Shown here: positions 28,660 to 38,686 of the stretch, one piece after another
Layout of the letters: every line of letters starts with the position of its first letter
Numbering within the stretch: the stretch's first letter is position 1
Source of the DNA: Candidatus Omnitrophota bacterium
GTDB lineage: Bacteria > Omnitrophota > Gorgyraeia > VGKH01
Assembly: GCA_016867135.1 (NCBI GenBank)
Contig: VGKH01000002.1
Span: forward strand, 6,312-70,311
Direction: 5' to 3'
DNA length: 64,000 nucleotides
Translations under genes and position numbers: made by a program
Notes under the pieces: generated by a model
What the model was told of the DNA's origin: nothing
Databases searched by the model: none
What the model saw: the letters and a program-made list of their open reading frames with translations, nothing else

Positions 28660-29828
28660 GCGAGAAGGAAAAAACAAAGATAAAAGTTTTGCATATTCAT
28701 ACCCGTGGAGTAATCGGCGGCTCGGGCACAAATACATTATTGACCATGATGAGCCTGCCCAAGGATAGATATCAGACCGAACTCGCCTGCGGTTCCGAGG
28801 GTCCATTGGTAGAAGAGGCAAAGAAAAATAATTTGACGCTTAATATGATTACCCACTTAACAAACAGGATAAATATTTTTTATGATTTGTTGGCTTTGAT
28901 CGAGTTGATAATCTTGATAAACAAGAAAGATTTTCAGATTGTGCATACCCATAATTCAAAAGCGGGCATACTTGGCCGGGCCGCTGCTAATATTTGTCGG
29001 GTTCCCATAATCATCCATACTCAGCATAGCTGTGTATTTAAGTACGGGACATTAAATTATTTTCAGAAGAAATTTTATTACTTTTTGGAGCTGGTTTCGG
29101 CGAGATTCACAGACAAGATAATTTATATATCTGAATCATTACGGCAGGAATTTATCAAAGCAAACATTAGCAGGCAAGAGAATTCGGTTTCTATTTATAG
29201 CGGTATAGAAGTCGAGAAATTCAGAATAAATATAAATATTACCGAGAAAAAACAAGTTTTGGGACTAAGCAAAGATGATTTTATCGTGGGTGTAGTAAGC
29301 CGTCTAGAAGAAGGCAAGGGTAATGACTATGTCATCGAAGCCATCCCGAAAGTTGCTCAACATGTAAGCGGGATAAAATTCATTTTTGTCGGAGAAGGGG
29401 AGCTAAAAGAAGATTTGGAAAAACTTTCTCAGAAACTAGGGGTTCAGGATAAGATATTATTTTTGGGCCCGAGGCAAGATGTCCCGGAGTTATTGCAGGT
29501 TTTTGATATTGTCTGTTTGGCATCTTTATACGAAGGCATGGGAAGAGTTTTATTAGAGGCTCAAGCTGCGGGAAAACCGGTCGTGGCCACCAAAATAGGC
29601 GGCATTATTGATGTAGTTAGCGAAAATAAAACCGGATTTTTAGTTTCTCCTCGGGACACCGATGCTTTATCGCAGGCAATAATAAGGCTGGCCCAAGACC
29701 ATAATTTAAGGAAGCAGATGTCTGAAGAAGCAAGAAGATTTGTTGATTATAGGTTTTCCAGTGCTAAAATGGTAGTTGATATTTTGAATGTTTACGAGGA
29801 GCTGGTTTTTAAGAATATAAGATTATGA
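28656..29828 (+). CDS. glycosyltransferase family 4
   Basis: CLASLYEGMGRVLLEAQAAGKPVVATKIGG. Confidence 0.8.
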   Translation: MSEKEKTKIKVLHIHTRGVIGGSGTNTLLTMMSLPKDRYQTELACGSEGPLVEEAKKNNLTLNMITHLTNRINIFYDLLALIELIILINKKDFQIVHTHNSKAGILGRAAANICRVPIIIHTQHSCVFKYGTLNYFQKKFYYFLELVSARFTDKIIYISESLRQEFIKANISRQENSVSIYSGIEVEKFRININITEKKQVLGLSKDDFIVGVVSRLEEGKGNDYVIEAIPKVAQHVSGIKFIFVGEGELKEDLEKLSQKLGVQDKILFLGPRQDVPELLQVFDIVCLASLYEGMGRVLLEAQAAGKPVVATKIGGIIDVVSENKTGFLVSPRDTDALSQAIIRLAQDHNLRKQMSEEARRFVDYRFSSAKMVVDILNVYEELVFKNIRL

Positions 29829-30643
29829 TAAACGCCTTAACGGTTGACCTTGAAGAATGGTACCATATAAGCGGGATAGATGATTATTTAAAGAATGCGG
29901 ACCTCAACAAATATGCCAACAGGGCCTTTAATAACACCATGAGACTATTAGATATATTTAGAGAGGCGAAAGCCAAAGCTACGTTTTTTGTTTTGGGATG
30001 TATCGCAGAGCGGTTCCCCGAGCTTATCAGAAGGATGGATCAGGAAGGCCACGAGATTGCAACGCACGGTTTTAATCACGACGTAATTTATAAACAGACT
30101 CCGGAAGAGTTTTCAAAAAATCTTAAGGATGCAATTTCGCTTTTAAGTGGTATAATAAATAAGAGAATAATTGGTTTTCGCGCTCCGGATTTTTCTATTA
30201 CCGAAAAATCTCTATGGGCGCTGGATATTTTAGTAAGCCAAGGGATAAAATACGATTGCAGCGTTTTCCCGGTTAAGCATCCTCGATATGGGATGCCGAA
30301 GGCCGGACGTTTTCCGTATAAAATAAAAGACGGTCTAGTAGAATTTCCTCCTTCGACATACAGAATTCTTAATTACAATCTGCCCGTGGGAGGAGGAGCA
30401 TATTTAAGAATTTTTCCTTATTGGGTTATAAAAGCGGCGTTAAGATCGCTAAATAAAGAAAATAAGCCCGCAAACATTTATATTCATCCTTGGGAAGTTG
30501 ATCCTGATCAGCCGCGGATCAAGATGCCAATATCAAGGCATTTGGTGCATTATGCAAATTTAGATAAGGCAGAGAAGAAAATAAGGACTTTAGTCAGAGA
30601 CTTTCAATTTTCCACAGTTAAGGAGGTATTGGGCATTGTTTGA
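29825..30643 (+). CDS. polysaccharide deacetylase family protein (CE4-like, PEP-CTERM-locus subtype)
   Basis: LTVDLEEWYH N-terminal motif; HGFNHD; DUF3473-like C-terminus. Confidence 0.65.
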   Translation: MINALTVDLEEWYHISGIDDYLKNADLNKYANRAFNNTMRLLDIFREAKAKATFFVLGCIAERFPELIRRMDQEGHEIATHGFNHDVIYKQTPEEFSKNLKDAISLLSGIINKRIIGFRAPDFSITEKSLWALDILVSQGIKYDCSVFPVKHPRYGMPKAGRFPYKIKDGLVEFPPSTYRILNYNLPVGGGAYLRIFPYWVIKAALRSLNKENKPANIYIHPWEVDPDQPRIKMPISRHLVHYANLDKAEKKIRTLVRDFQFSTVKEVLGIV

Positions 30644-31280
30644 GACAAGTAAAGTAAGAACATTTTTTCAGGGAAGGGTAGAAAAATACGATAGCATCTA
30701 CGATAAGGATAAAAAGCTAATTTGGAAATGGCTTGATTTTATATTTCGCCGCTCGATTCAGATACGTTTCGGGCTTACATTAAAAGAGTGCGAAGATATA
30801 AAGGATAAAAAAATCCTCGATATCGGCTGCGGCCCGGGGATGTATATGATTAACTTGGCAAAAAGACAGCCGAAGAAGATCGTGGCATTGGATTTTTCCG
30901 AGGAGATGTTAAATAAAGCCAAAAAGTTAGCAAGAGACAAAGGGGTAATCGAGATCTGCCAATTTGTCAATTCAGATTTTAGGAGATACGTTCCGGATGA
31001 TAAATTTGATATTTGTCTGGCGATAGGGCTATTCGATTACTTGGAAAATCCTCTTGAGGTATTGAAGAAGATCAGGAGCATATGCCTGGGGAAGGCGATA
31101 ATTAGTTTTCCCGCCAAGTGGAGGCTAAGAAATATTGTTAGAGTGATTCGTCTGAAACTTTTAGGTTGTCCGGTTTATTTTTATACGCTAAAGCAAGTAA
31201 AGGATTTATTGACTAAAAGCGGTTTCGGTGACGCTAAGATTATTACCGTTGACAGGGATTATTTGGTAATCGCAAAATAA
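30636..31280 (+). CDS. class I SAM-dependent methyltransferase
   Basis: ILDIGCGPGMY motif I. Confidence 0.7.
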   Translation: MFETSKVRTFFQGRVEKYDSIYDKDKKLIWKWLDFIFRRSIQIRFGLTLKECEDIKDKKILDIGCGPGMYMINLAKRQPKKIVALDFSEEMLNKAKKLARDKGVIEICQFVNSDFRRYVPDDKFDICLAIGLFDYLENPLEVLKKIRSICLGKAIISFPAKWRLRNIVRVIRLKLLGCPVYFYTLKQVKDLLTKSGFGDAKIITVDRDYLVIAK

Positions 31281-31289
31281 AATCAGAAT

Positions 31290-32363
31290 ATGAGCTATAA
31301 AAATTCCTTTTTAGTTTTAATAATTTCTTTTGGCCTGTCTTTTTTTCTCACGCCATTTTTTATCAAGATTGCCAACAGATTTAAATTAGTTGATACTCCT
31401 AGCTCCAGAAAACTGCACGAAAAACCCACTCCGACTCTAGGTGGGATAGTTATCTTTATTGCTTTTAGCATAGCTGTTTTAGTCGTACTGGCCTTGGATC
31501 AAAATTTCAGCAACGCCCTGTTGATGAATCTGCCAGGCCTTCTTATAGGTAGCTTTGCATTAGTAATTTTTGGAGTTTTACACGATACAAGAGATATGCC
31601 TGCTTCGGTCAAGCTTTTCGGCCAGATAATGGTCGCCCTGATTGTTTTTTTATCAGGCATCAGAGTAGAATCTATAACTAACCCTTTTGGCGGAGAGATA
31701 ACATTATTTTATCCTCTGAGCTTTATTGTAACAATTGTTTGGATAGTCGCGTTGATCAATGCTATAAATTTGATTGACGGTTTAGATGGATTAGCCGCAG
31801 GAATTACAGTAATAGGCTCGACAGTTATGCTGGTAATCGCATTATTTAAGAATGATATTGTTTCTGCTTTGCTATGCTTAGCTTTAATTGGAAGTTGTCT
31901 GGGGTTTTTAAGATATAATTTTTACCCAGCCAAAATTTTTATGGGCGATGCAGGCAGCATGTTCTTAGGGCTTGTCTTAGGAGTGATTTCTATCCAAGGC
32001 ATAAATAAAATGGCTATCACCGTAGCCTTGTTGATACCGATTACTGTTTTGGCTATCCCAATTTATGATACCGCGCTTTCAATATTCAGAAGATTACTTT
32101 CCAGTAGAGATATTTTCAAGCCCGACAGAGAACATATCCATTACAGATTATTAAGTATGGGCGTGACGCACAAGCATGTGGTTATGCTGCTTTATTTCAT
32201 CGGCGTCTATTTTGGTATTATGGCTTTCCTGTTTATTCTCATCCCGATAGAATTTGCCTTTATTCTTCTAGTACTTTTATCCATGGGAGTTTTTATGGGG
32301 ATAAAAGCTATAGGATTTATTGAACGAAGACTTAAATCCCCTCGGCAACGCAATGAATCATAA
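31290..32363 (+). CDS. undecaprenyl-phosphate N-acetylhexosamine-1-phosphate transferase (WecA/MraY family priming glycosyltransferase)
   Basis: [44 protein letters not shown] motifs; ~10 TM. Confidence 0.85.
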   Translation: MSYKNSFLVLIISFGLSFFLTPFFIKIANRFKLVDTPSSRKLHEKPTPTLGGIVIFIAFSIAVLVVLALDQNFSNALLMNLPGLLIGSFALVIFGVLHDTRDMPASVKLFGQIMVALIVFLSGIRVESITNPFGGEITLFYPLSFIVTIVWIVALINAINLIDGLDGLAAGITVIGSTVMLVIALFKNDIVSALLCLALIGSCLGFLRYNFYPAKIFMGDAGSMFLGLVLGVISIQGINKMAITVALLIPITVLAIPIYDTALSIFRRLLSSRDIFKPDREHIHYRLLSMGVTHKHVVMLLYFIGVYFGIMAFLFILIPIEFAFILLVLLSMGVFMGIKAIGFIERRLKSPRQRNES

Positions 32364-33792
32364 AATAATAGCTTCTTTTATTTTTCTCTCCATATTTTTT
32401 ATTTCCACTAATTCTACCGCTCAGGCTTATGAACATGTCCCAGCCGCTATCCATATCCAAACTAATATCAGCGATGGAGCATACTCTTTTGAAGAAATCG
32501 TAAAGCAGGCTAAAGAAAAGAACATCCAGGTATTAATATTCTCCGACACAGCATTGAGGAGATGGGAATATGGCGTAAGGCCCCTAGAAAATATCATAAA
32601 AAGAAGGGTAGAGCATTCTTCCGTATTTAGATTCGGCATAGCAAAATATCTGGCGGCAATAAAGAATCTCCAAGATAAATACCCCGCAATAGTTTTTGTG
32701 CCCGCGGTTGAAGTTGTGCCATTTTATTATTGGCAAGGTAATTTCTTAGGCGAAGACCTGACTTTGTATAACTGGCACAAACAGATGCTGGTCATCGGGA
32801 TGGAAAAAGCAAGCGACTATAGATATCTGCCAATTATAGCAAATTATAGTTTGTTGCCTTTGTATAAAGGTAATATCATTAGGCTTTGGCCGCTACTGAT
32901 TATTTTCTCGGGGATTTTTTTAATAATAAAATTCAAGAAAAAAATTGCTTACAGGAATTATGGTTATTTATTCTTGCTTCTTGGTGTTATTTTTTTGGTC
33001 AATAATATGCAATTTAGTGTTTCCCGATTTAACGCCTACAGCAAAGACAAGAGGACAAAACCTTATCAGGATTTGATAGATTATGCAACAAGAAGAGGCG
33101 GCCTTGTATTTTGGTGCCATCCAGAAGCTGAGAATCTTGACAGGGTAAAAGGGGTTAATGTTTGCACGTTCCCTTATAAAGAAGAATTGAAATATGCGCA
33201 AAATTACACCGGTTCGGCTGTGATGTTTGATAAGAATCGTTCCATCGCCAGGGTGGACGATATTTGGGATGAGATTCTTTTGGCTCATTGCTTGGGCAAA
33301 AGGGCGCCAATTTGGGTGATAGGAGAGATAGATTACCACGGAGATCAAAAGGATTTATCCAGAATCCAGACTATGCTCCTGCTTAATAGCTTGACAGAAA
33401 ACGATGTTATCAGGGCATTAAAAAACGGCATGATGTACGCAAAATTAAATAATCTCACAAATGATTTCAGCCTGGATAAATTTGTAATCTCCGACGGAGA
33501 AAACAATACATTTGGTTTGATGGGGCAAGAGATCGAAATAAATTCCAGGCCAGAGGTTATTATTGAAACTTCTTGCAGCAATGCGCCAGAGGAGCCGATA
33601 GAGATACGGTTGGTAAGGAACGGAAAATTGATTCAAACATTTAACAGCGAATCTTCGAATTTCAGAGTTAAATACCAAGATGACTATTTTTCGCCTGGTG
33701 AAAAGATTTATTATCGGATAATGATAAAAAGCGGTAATAATTTTTATCAGGTTATTTCCAATCCTATTTTTGTGAGATTTGTTTCAAAATAG
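32320..33792 (+). CDS. hypothetical exported/membrane protein with possible PHP-like domain
   Basis: Signal peptide; [19 protein letters not shown] resembles PHP motif I with His->Gln substitution; central TM pair. Confidence 0.3.
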   Translation: MNEDLNPLGNAMNHKIIASFIFLSIFFISTNSTAQAYEHVPAAIHIQTNISDGAYSFEEIVKQAKEKNIQVLIFSDTALRRWEYGVRPLENIIKRRVEHSSVFRFGIAKYLAAIKNLQDKYPAIVFVPAVEVVPFYYWQGNFLGEDLTLYNWHKQMLVIGMEKASDYRYLPIIANYSLLPLYKGNIIRLWPLLIIFSGIFLIIKFKKKIAYRNYGYLFLLLGVIFLVNNMQFSVSRFNAYSKDKRTKPYQDLIDYATRRGGLVFWCHPEAENLDRVKGVNVCTFPYKEELKYAQNYTGSAVMFDKNRSIARVDDIWDEILLAHCLGKRAPIWVIGEIDYHGDQKDLSRIQTMLLLNSLTENDVIRALKNGMMYAKLNNLTNDFSLDKFVISDGENNTFGLMGQEIEINSRPEVIIETSCSNAPEEPIEIRLVRNGKLIQTFNSESSNFRVKYQDDYFSPGEKIYYRIMIKSGNNFYQVISNPIFVRFVSK

Positions 33793-33831
33793 TGAAGTAC
33801 TATGTCCTAACGGTAGCAGCATCTTTTTTAT

Positions 33832-33960
33832 GGTTCCGACGCTCCCCGATGATTCTGTCGGGATTCCGTACTGAAAACGTCGGAGCCTTCGGAGGTCGGA
33901 ACCCCGACCCAGAATGCCAATCATCCATGCTCTTACGGACGTGGCATTCTGGCGTCGGGG
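33832..33960. other. GC-rich multi-hairpin element (candidate structured ncRNA, leader or small inverted-repeat element)
   Basis: 9-bp helix 33832-33840/33895-33903 (GGTTCCGAC/GTCGGAACC); 17-bp bulged helix 33902-33918/33943-33960; repeated CCGAC/GTCGG units; UUCG-type loop. Confidence 0.3.
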
Positions 33961-34026
33961 CAAAACTCTTGAAGTTTCTATTGATAATTTCAAAGGTTAT
34001 ACTATAATCTTTTTTAAAGGATAAAA

Positions 34027-34845
34027 ATGTACGAAGCTTATTGGGGATTAAAAGAAAAGCCATTTGAGAATACTCCCGACCCGCGGTTTCTGTACCATTC
34101 TTCTCAGCACGAGGAGGGGCTCTACAGATTACTTTACGCTGTTAAGGAACAGAAGGGAGCGGCGTTAATGACCGGGGTTTTTGGTTGCGGAAAGACTCTC
34201 CTGGGAAGGACCATGCTTCGGGAGTTAAGTAAAGACATATACAGGGTTGGGTATATAAGCAATCCCCAGTTGTCTTACTTGGAGCTTTTGATGGCCGTTG
34301 CGACATCTTTAGGGGTAAGCGGCCTGCCTTCAAAAAAGACTGAGGTATTAACTAATGTTGTCTTGGATGAAATGAATAAGGTTCTGCAAAACAACATGAA
34401 GGATGGCAAAAAGACAGTGGTGATTATAGACGAAGCCCATGTCATAGAGGACAAAGAGGTCTGGGAGGGCTTAAGGCTTTTATTGAATTTTCAATTAGAG
34501 GATAGATTTCTCTTAACCCTGCTTCTGTTAGGTCAACCCGAGTTAAAAGAAAGTATAGATAACAACAAGCAATTTTCCCAAAGAGTTGCCATAAGATGCC
34601 ATCTTGGCCATATGAATCAGGAAGATACTCATAATTATATATTGCACAGGTTAAAGATAGCAGGCAGGGAAGAGCACATTTTTTCGGAAGGCGCCCTTAA
34701 GGCGATTCACGAGAAATCCGGCGGCATACCCCGTAGGATAAACCATATCTGCGACCTTGCGCTCCTGACAGGCTTCGGTAGAAAACTGACCAATATCGAC
34801 GAGAAAGTCGTCTCAGAGGTGACCAAGGACCTAGAAGGCGAGTAA
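34027..34845 (+). CDS. ExeA/GspA-like AAA ATPase (putative secretion ATPase, PEP-CTERM-locus type)
   Basis: Walker A GVFGCGKT; Walker B VVIIDEAH; ExeA-like N-terminal YEAYWGL..PF. Confidence 0.75.
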   Translation: MYEAYWGLKEKPFENTPDPRFLYHSSQHEEGLYRLLYAVKEQKGAALMTGVFGCGKTLLGRTMLRELSKDIYRVGYISNPQLSYLELLMAVATSLGVSGLPSKKTEVLTNVVLDEMNKVLQNNMKDGKKTVVIIDEAHVIEDKEVWEGLRLLLNFQLEDRFLLTLLLLGQPELKESIDNNKQFSQRVAIRCHLGHMNQEDTHNYILHRLKIAGREEHIFSEGALKAIHEKSGGIPRRINHICDLALLTGFGRKLTNIDEKVVSEVTKDLEGE

Positions 34846-34931
34846 TCCTACCGAATTCATAGTCACATTGATCAAAATTAACCAAACAGGCAAAGCCGCG
34901 GTACCTTTTACTACCTTTGACGTTTTCGATG

Positions 34932-36725
34932 TTAAGGGTAGTCCTCCGATTTTTTATTTTTTATTTTATACAATATTATAGATTCTTTCCGGTATATCTC
35001 GTTATAATTAAAATCAATATTTGTTTTTAATTTTTTTTCCGTGTCTAAACTATCTATTAAAACATAATCTTCGCCTGAATCAGTTCCTGCTATTGAATAT
35101 TTCTCTCTGCTTGAGACAATTATGGCAATGCGAACAGGAACGCTTATGGAAGCATTTAAGGGAACAAAAGAAAGAGCCTCTTTTACCTCCTTGATATATG
35201 CCGTATCTCTTTTACATTTTCCGTGTTCAAGCCATGTATATGATTGAACAATGGTACAAGAAAGGATGAATATAGAGAGCAATAACTGTAGTTTGTGCTC
35301 GGTAAGCTGAAGATATTTTTTATTGGAAGCAAAATAAGAAATTTTTTTGATCCCTTGTATAGTGCCTATTAAAATAAAACAGGAAAGGGTGGTATTATAA
35401 TGCCATATAGGTGAGAACATATTTGAGTTGCAGGCCAGAAGATTAATCATAAGCTCTGGCAATCCAAGAATAGTTGCCGAACCTAATAAAGCAGGTAGCA
35501 ATCCCAGGGAAAAAAAGAACAAAAGAATAGGTTTTAAGATATGCCAATGTGCTATATTCGAATTTAAAAGTAGCTGGGCGATCGGTGTTAAAGGCCCGCC
35601 GTTATTTTCTATCAAGAAAATCTTTTTTAAATAAACAAAATACCAAGCTGAATCACTATGGGGCTGATATAATTCCTGAAAATAATTTATTATTCCCATT
35701 GAAGCGATGAACCACGTAATTCCTATCAGGATAGGATACGCGATCCATACAATACCCCTCTTTTTTAAAAATGCGTAGCAGCCAAACATCACGGCAAGGA
35801 ATGCCAAGGTTTCTTTTATTGAAACAGTAATTAATAAGAAAATAAAAAAAGGTATGATTTTTTTCTTTTGAAAGAAATAGAATGTAAATAATATAAAGAA
35901 TGGAGCATAGCCCATTTCGTGCGGAGGCGTAAAGTTCTGCCCAACTATATATGGGAACAGCAAAAAAGTAACGACTAGAGGCAAGGCGCTGGTTTGTTTT
36001 AGGATATCTTTTGTAATTAGATAAAAGGGGATTGCGGAAAGCGATAATAACATTATTTTTAATACAAGCAAAGTAAGCGGATGGGGAAATAAATAATAAA
36101 AAGGGACAAGAAGGAGAAAAAACAAAGAGTTATGGCATGCAAAGTGAGAGCCATAGGTGGAATTTAGGAATAATTTACCATGTATAGTATTCCAGAATAT
36201 TTGGTTAAAAAGACCAAAATCCTTCGGGTTGAAGAAGTCAAGGGCATCGAATATGCATATGCTTATGTAGCTAAAAATAAAAAAGTATAAAATAATGATA
36301 ATTAATAATGCAATCTTTTCCTTGCGCGGGTCGCTCTCCATGTTTAAGTTTTTTCTATAAAATAATATTTTATAGAAAACTATTTGAGTTGCAAATACCA
36401 CTAGAAAAGGCATCAGTATCGTGATATTGGTTTTTTGCACTGACCAGAAAGATAGAAGAATGATAGGAAGAAGAATAATTAAAGAGTAGGCTAGATTATG
36501 TTTTTTTTGGATCAGGCCCGGGGAAATAAAAATGAAAATTAACAAGCAAAATATCAAAAATAATAAAAACGATGATAAAAAATAGTTGCCAAAGATGAAT
36601 CTCAATAAATTATTGGTAAAAGAGGCGGACAAAAGGAAGTCAAAAATAACAAACCAAAGTGGCATGATAAAAATTAAGTGTTTTGCTGGAACTAATTTGG
36701 TTAGTTCTTTTAGCCTTGAATTCAT
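34932..36725 (-). CDS. large polytopic membrane protein (GT-C/DUF2079-like), function unknown
   Basis: 597 aa, >12 TM helices, only sizeable minus-strand gene in window. Confidence 0.4.
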   Translation of the reverse strand: MNSRLKELTKLVPAKHLIFIMPLWFVIFDFLLSASFTNNLLRFIFGNYFLSSFLLFLIFCLLIFIFISPGLIQKKHNLAYSLIILLPIILLSFWSVQKTNITILMPFLVVFATQIVFYKILFYRKNLNMESDPRKEKIALLIIIILYFFIFSYISICIFDALDFFNPKDFGLFNQIFWNTIHGKLFLNSTYGSHFACHNSLFFLLLVPFYYLFPHPLTLLVLKIMLLSLSAIPFYLITKDILKQTSALPLVVTFLLFPYIVGQNFTPPHEMGYAPFFILFTFYFFQKKKIIPFFIFLLITVSIKETLAFLAVMFGCYAFLKKRGIVWIAYPILIGITWFIASMGIINYFQELYQPHSDSAWYFVYLKKIFLIENNGGPLTPIAQLLLNSNIAHWHILKPILLFFFSLGLLPALLGSATILGLPELMINLLACNSNMFSPIWHYNTTLSCFILIGTIQGIKKISYFASNKKYLQLTEHKLQLLLSIFILSCTIVQSYTWLEHGKCKRDTAYIKEVKEALSFVPLNASISVPVRIAIIVSSREKYSIAGTDSGEDYVLIDSLDTEKKLKTNIDFNYNEIYRKESIILYKIKNKKSEDYP

Positions 36726-36932
36726 CGTGATTATATTATATACTAAGTCAATATTATTGCAATATTGATTTTAGCACTTTTTAATTTGGTAATCGTTTAT
36801 TTTCCAAGATGTTAATAAGGCCCTATATTCTAAAAAGTGTAAAATGGATATAAAATCTTTTTCTACTTATGCTAATTCTTGCATAATAAATTACATCAGT
36901 CTCAAGGAATAATTTAAAATAATATTTTAGCT

Positions 36933-37745
36933 ATGTCCAAAAATAATATATTTTTTTCAATTATTATTCCTTCCCATAATGAGGGCGGGTGTATCGCTAC
37001 GACCTGCAAGGCTATTATCTCGCGGTTTGCGCTAGAGAATATCACTGATTATGAAATTTTAGTGGTTAATGATAATAGTAATGATCATACAGAGCGGATT
37101 TTAAAGGAGCTTTGCGTAAAATATCCCGTAATGCGTTATGTCAATAATACTGCGCCTCGCGGTTTCGGGTTTGCAGTGCGTAAAGGGTTGGAAGAATTCT
37201 ATGGTGATACTATAGTAGTTGTGATGGCTGATCTTTCTGATTCTCCCGATGATATACTAGCGTATTACAGGGAATTGAAAAAAGGCGCGGAGTGCGTATT
37301 TGGTTCTCGGTTTATCAAAGGGGCGCATATCCACGGTTATCCAGTGCACAAATATGTACTCAATCGTATGGCTAATTTTTTTATTAAGCTGCTTTTTACT
37401 TTAGATCACAATGATATTACAAACGCTTTTAAGGCTTATAGAAGAGAGGTTATCGACGGTATGCAGCCTTTGCTTTCGTACCATTTTAATCTGACCGTAG
37501 AAATGCCGCTAAAGGCAATAGTGCGCGGCTATAATTACGTGACGATTCCGATTTCATGGACTAACCGCTCAGTTGGCGTATCCAAACTCAAGATAAAGGA
37601 AATGGGGAGCCGTTATCTTTTTATTGTCTTATATGTTTGGCTGGAGAAGTCGCTATCCAGAGGAGATTATATGCGTAAAACCAGGTCGATGAAAAAAACA
37701 AACCCCGATGTTTGCCCGCCATCGGGCAGGCCCACTTGTCGTTAG
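36933..37745 (+). CDS. glycosyltransferase family 2 (Dpm1/ArnC-like polyprenyl-phosphate sugar transferase)
   Basis: FSIIIPSHNEGGCI GT2 N-terminal motif; DxD-like VVMADLSD. Confidence 0.8.
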   Translation: MSKNNIFFSIIIPSHNEGGCIATTCKAIISRFALENITDYEILVVNDNSNDHTERILKELCVKYPVMRYVNNTAPRGFGFAVRKGLEEFYGDTIVVVMADLSDSPDDILAYYRELKKGAECVFGSRFIKGAHIHGYPVHKYVLNRMANFFIKLLFTLDHNDITNAFKAYRREVIDGMQPLLSYHFNLTVEMPLKAIVRGYNYVTIPISWTNRSVGVSKLKIKEMGSRYLFIVLYVWLEKSLSRGDYMRKTRSMKKTNPDVCPPSGRPTCR

Positions 37746-37784
37746 GTAAGCTTGCCATTTGAGCATTCCGAAAGATTGACTTTT

Positions 37785-37813
37785 TGCCATTTTTATGGTA
37801 TACTTTATTTTGT
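37785..37813 (+). promoter_or_regulatory. candidate promoter TTGACT-N17-TATACT with no annotated ORF downstream
   Basis: 37785 TTGACT, 17-nt spacer, TATACT 37808-37813. Confidence 0.3.
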
Positions 37814-37934
37814 ATTAATAAAAGACTCCATTATAGGAGAATAGGGTAGTTTTAAACGGTATTATATTATTTATAAGTAACATAAGTATTGGCTAGCTTT
37901 AGCGTTATATTCTAATAGCAAGACAAAAGATAAA

Positions 37935-37968
37935 CCTATTCTTAATACGGAGAATAGGTTTTTTATTT
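37935..37968 (+). terminator. intrinsic terminator hairpin CCTATTCT-taatacgg-AGAATAGG + T-run
   Basis: 8-bp perfect stem followed by TTTTTTATTT. Confidence 0.5.
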
Positions 37969-37970
37969 AC

Positions 37971-37999
37971 TTGACAACAGAAATATTAGGTGCTAAAAT
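37971..37999 (+). promoter_or_regulatory. strong sigma70-like promoter with extended -10 (TTGACA-N17-TGnTAAAAT) for pilin gene
   Basis: TTGACA 37971-76, 17-nt spacer, TG at 37991-92, TAAAAT 37994-99. Confidence 0.5.
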
Positions 38000-38177
38000 A
38001 CACACTTAAGTTTGGCTTGTGGCTTCTTTGAAAGCTTGGATCTTTGAGCAAAGCGGAATTAGACGAAAGTCTTGAAGCGACAGCGTGCAGGCATTATAGT
38101 TAAAATCATAATTTCGTTTGGCCAAAGAGAGAGCCGAAGAAAAAGTCAAATCTAAAGCCTGGAAGGAGGCTAGTAAA

Positions 38178-38591
38178 ATGAAAAAGAATAAGAGAGGTTT
38201 CACATTGGTTGAAATCATGATAGTTGTAGCAATTATCGCTCTCTTAGCTGCAATAGCAATTCCTAACTTGCTAAGGGCAAGATTGACTGCCGCGCAAGCT
38301 AGCGCGCAGGCAACCTTAAGGACAATCTCTACTGCTATGGAGTCTTATGCTGCAGGGCATCAAGGTAATTACCCTCTCACAGATGAAATTGAAGCTGATT
38401 TAGTGAACGTTACTCCACCTTATCTAAACGAGAATTATTGCGACGACGCAATCCGTAATTTGTATACCTTTGATTGTACTTCGACTGCTGGCGGCTATTC
38501 GATAGTTGCAAATCCCCAATCCACAACAGGCGGTATTGTTTACACGATTACCACAGGAGGAGTTTTGACTCCGGGTTCTCCGCAGCAGTAA
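38178..38591 (+). CDS. type IV pilin/pseudopilin (prepilin-type N-terminal methylation domain); probably the major pilin
   Basis: MKKNKRG|FTLVEIMIVVAIIALLAAIAIP class III signal; RBS GGAAGGAGG; flanked by strong promoter and hairpin terminator. Confidence 0.8.
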   Translation: MKKNKRGFTLVEIMIVVAIIALLAAIAIPNLLRARLTAAQASAQATLRTISTAMESYAAGHQGNYPLTDEIEADLVNVTPPYLNENYCDDAIRNLYTFDCTSTAGGYSIVANPQSTTGGIVYTITTGGVLTPGSPQQ

Positions 38592-38622
38592 ACTATCATG
38601 GTGTAAAGTTATTTTACACTTA

Positions 38623-38660
38623 AGAATGGGCGAAGATAGTTATCTTCGCCCATTCTTCTT
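38623..38660 (+). terminator. long perfect hairpin after pilin gene (terminator-like)
   Basis: AAGAATGGGCGAAGATA-gt-TATCTTCGCCCATTCTT inverted repeat then TCTT. Confidence 0.45.
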
Positions 38661-38686
38661 AAAGGAGCGTATAAGACTCTAATATT

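Noticed and set aside
33832-33960. Tried to assign the hairpin element to SRP RNA, 6S RNA or a c-di-GMP riboswitch
   Set aside because: It could not be matched to a known RNA family: no GGAAG/AGCAG domain-IV symmetric loop for SRP, no obvious central bubble for 6S, and no GEMM-like tetraloop-receptor pair could be recognised by eye.
33784-34063. Three overlapping ORFs (69, 71, 87 aa) on both strands across the GC-rich element
   Set aside because: The open frames on both strands are created by a palindromic GC-rich structured sequence, with no RBS and reciprocal overlap. Treated as non-coding (see structured-element finding).
38006-38218. 70-aa minus-strand ORF overlapping the pilin promoter/5' region
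   Set aside because: It overlaps a strong + strand promoter and the pilin start, with no RBS, and is likely spurious.
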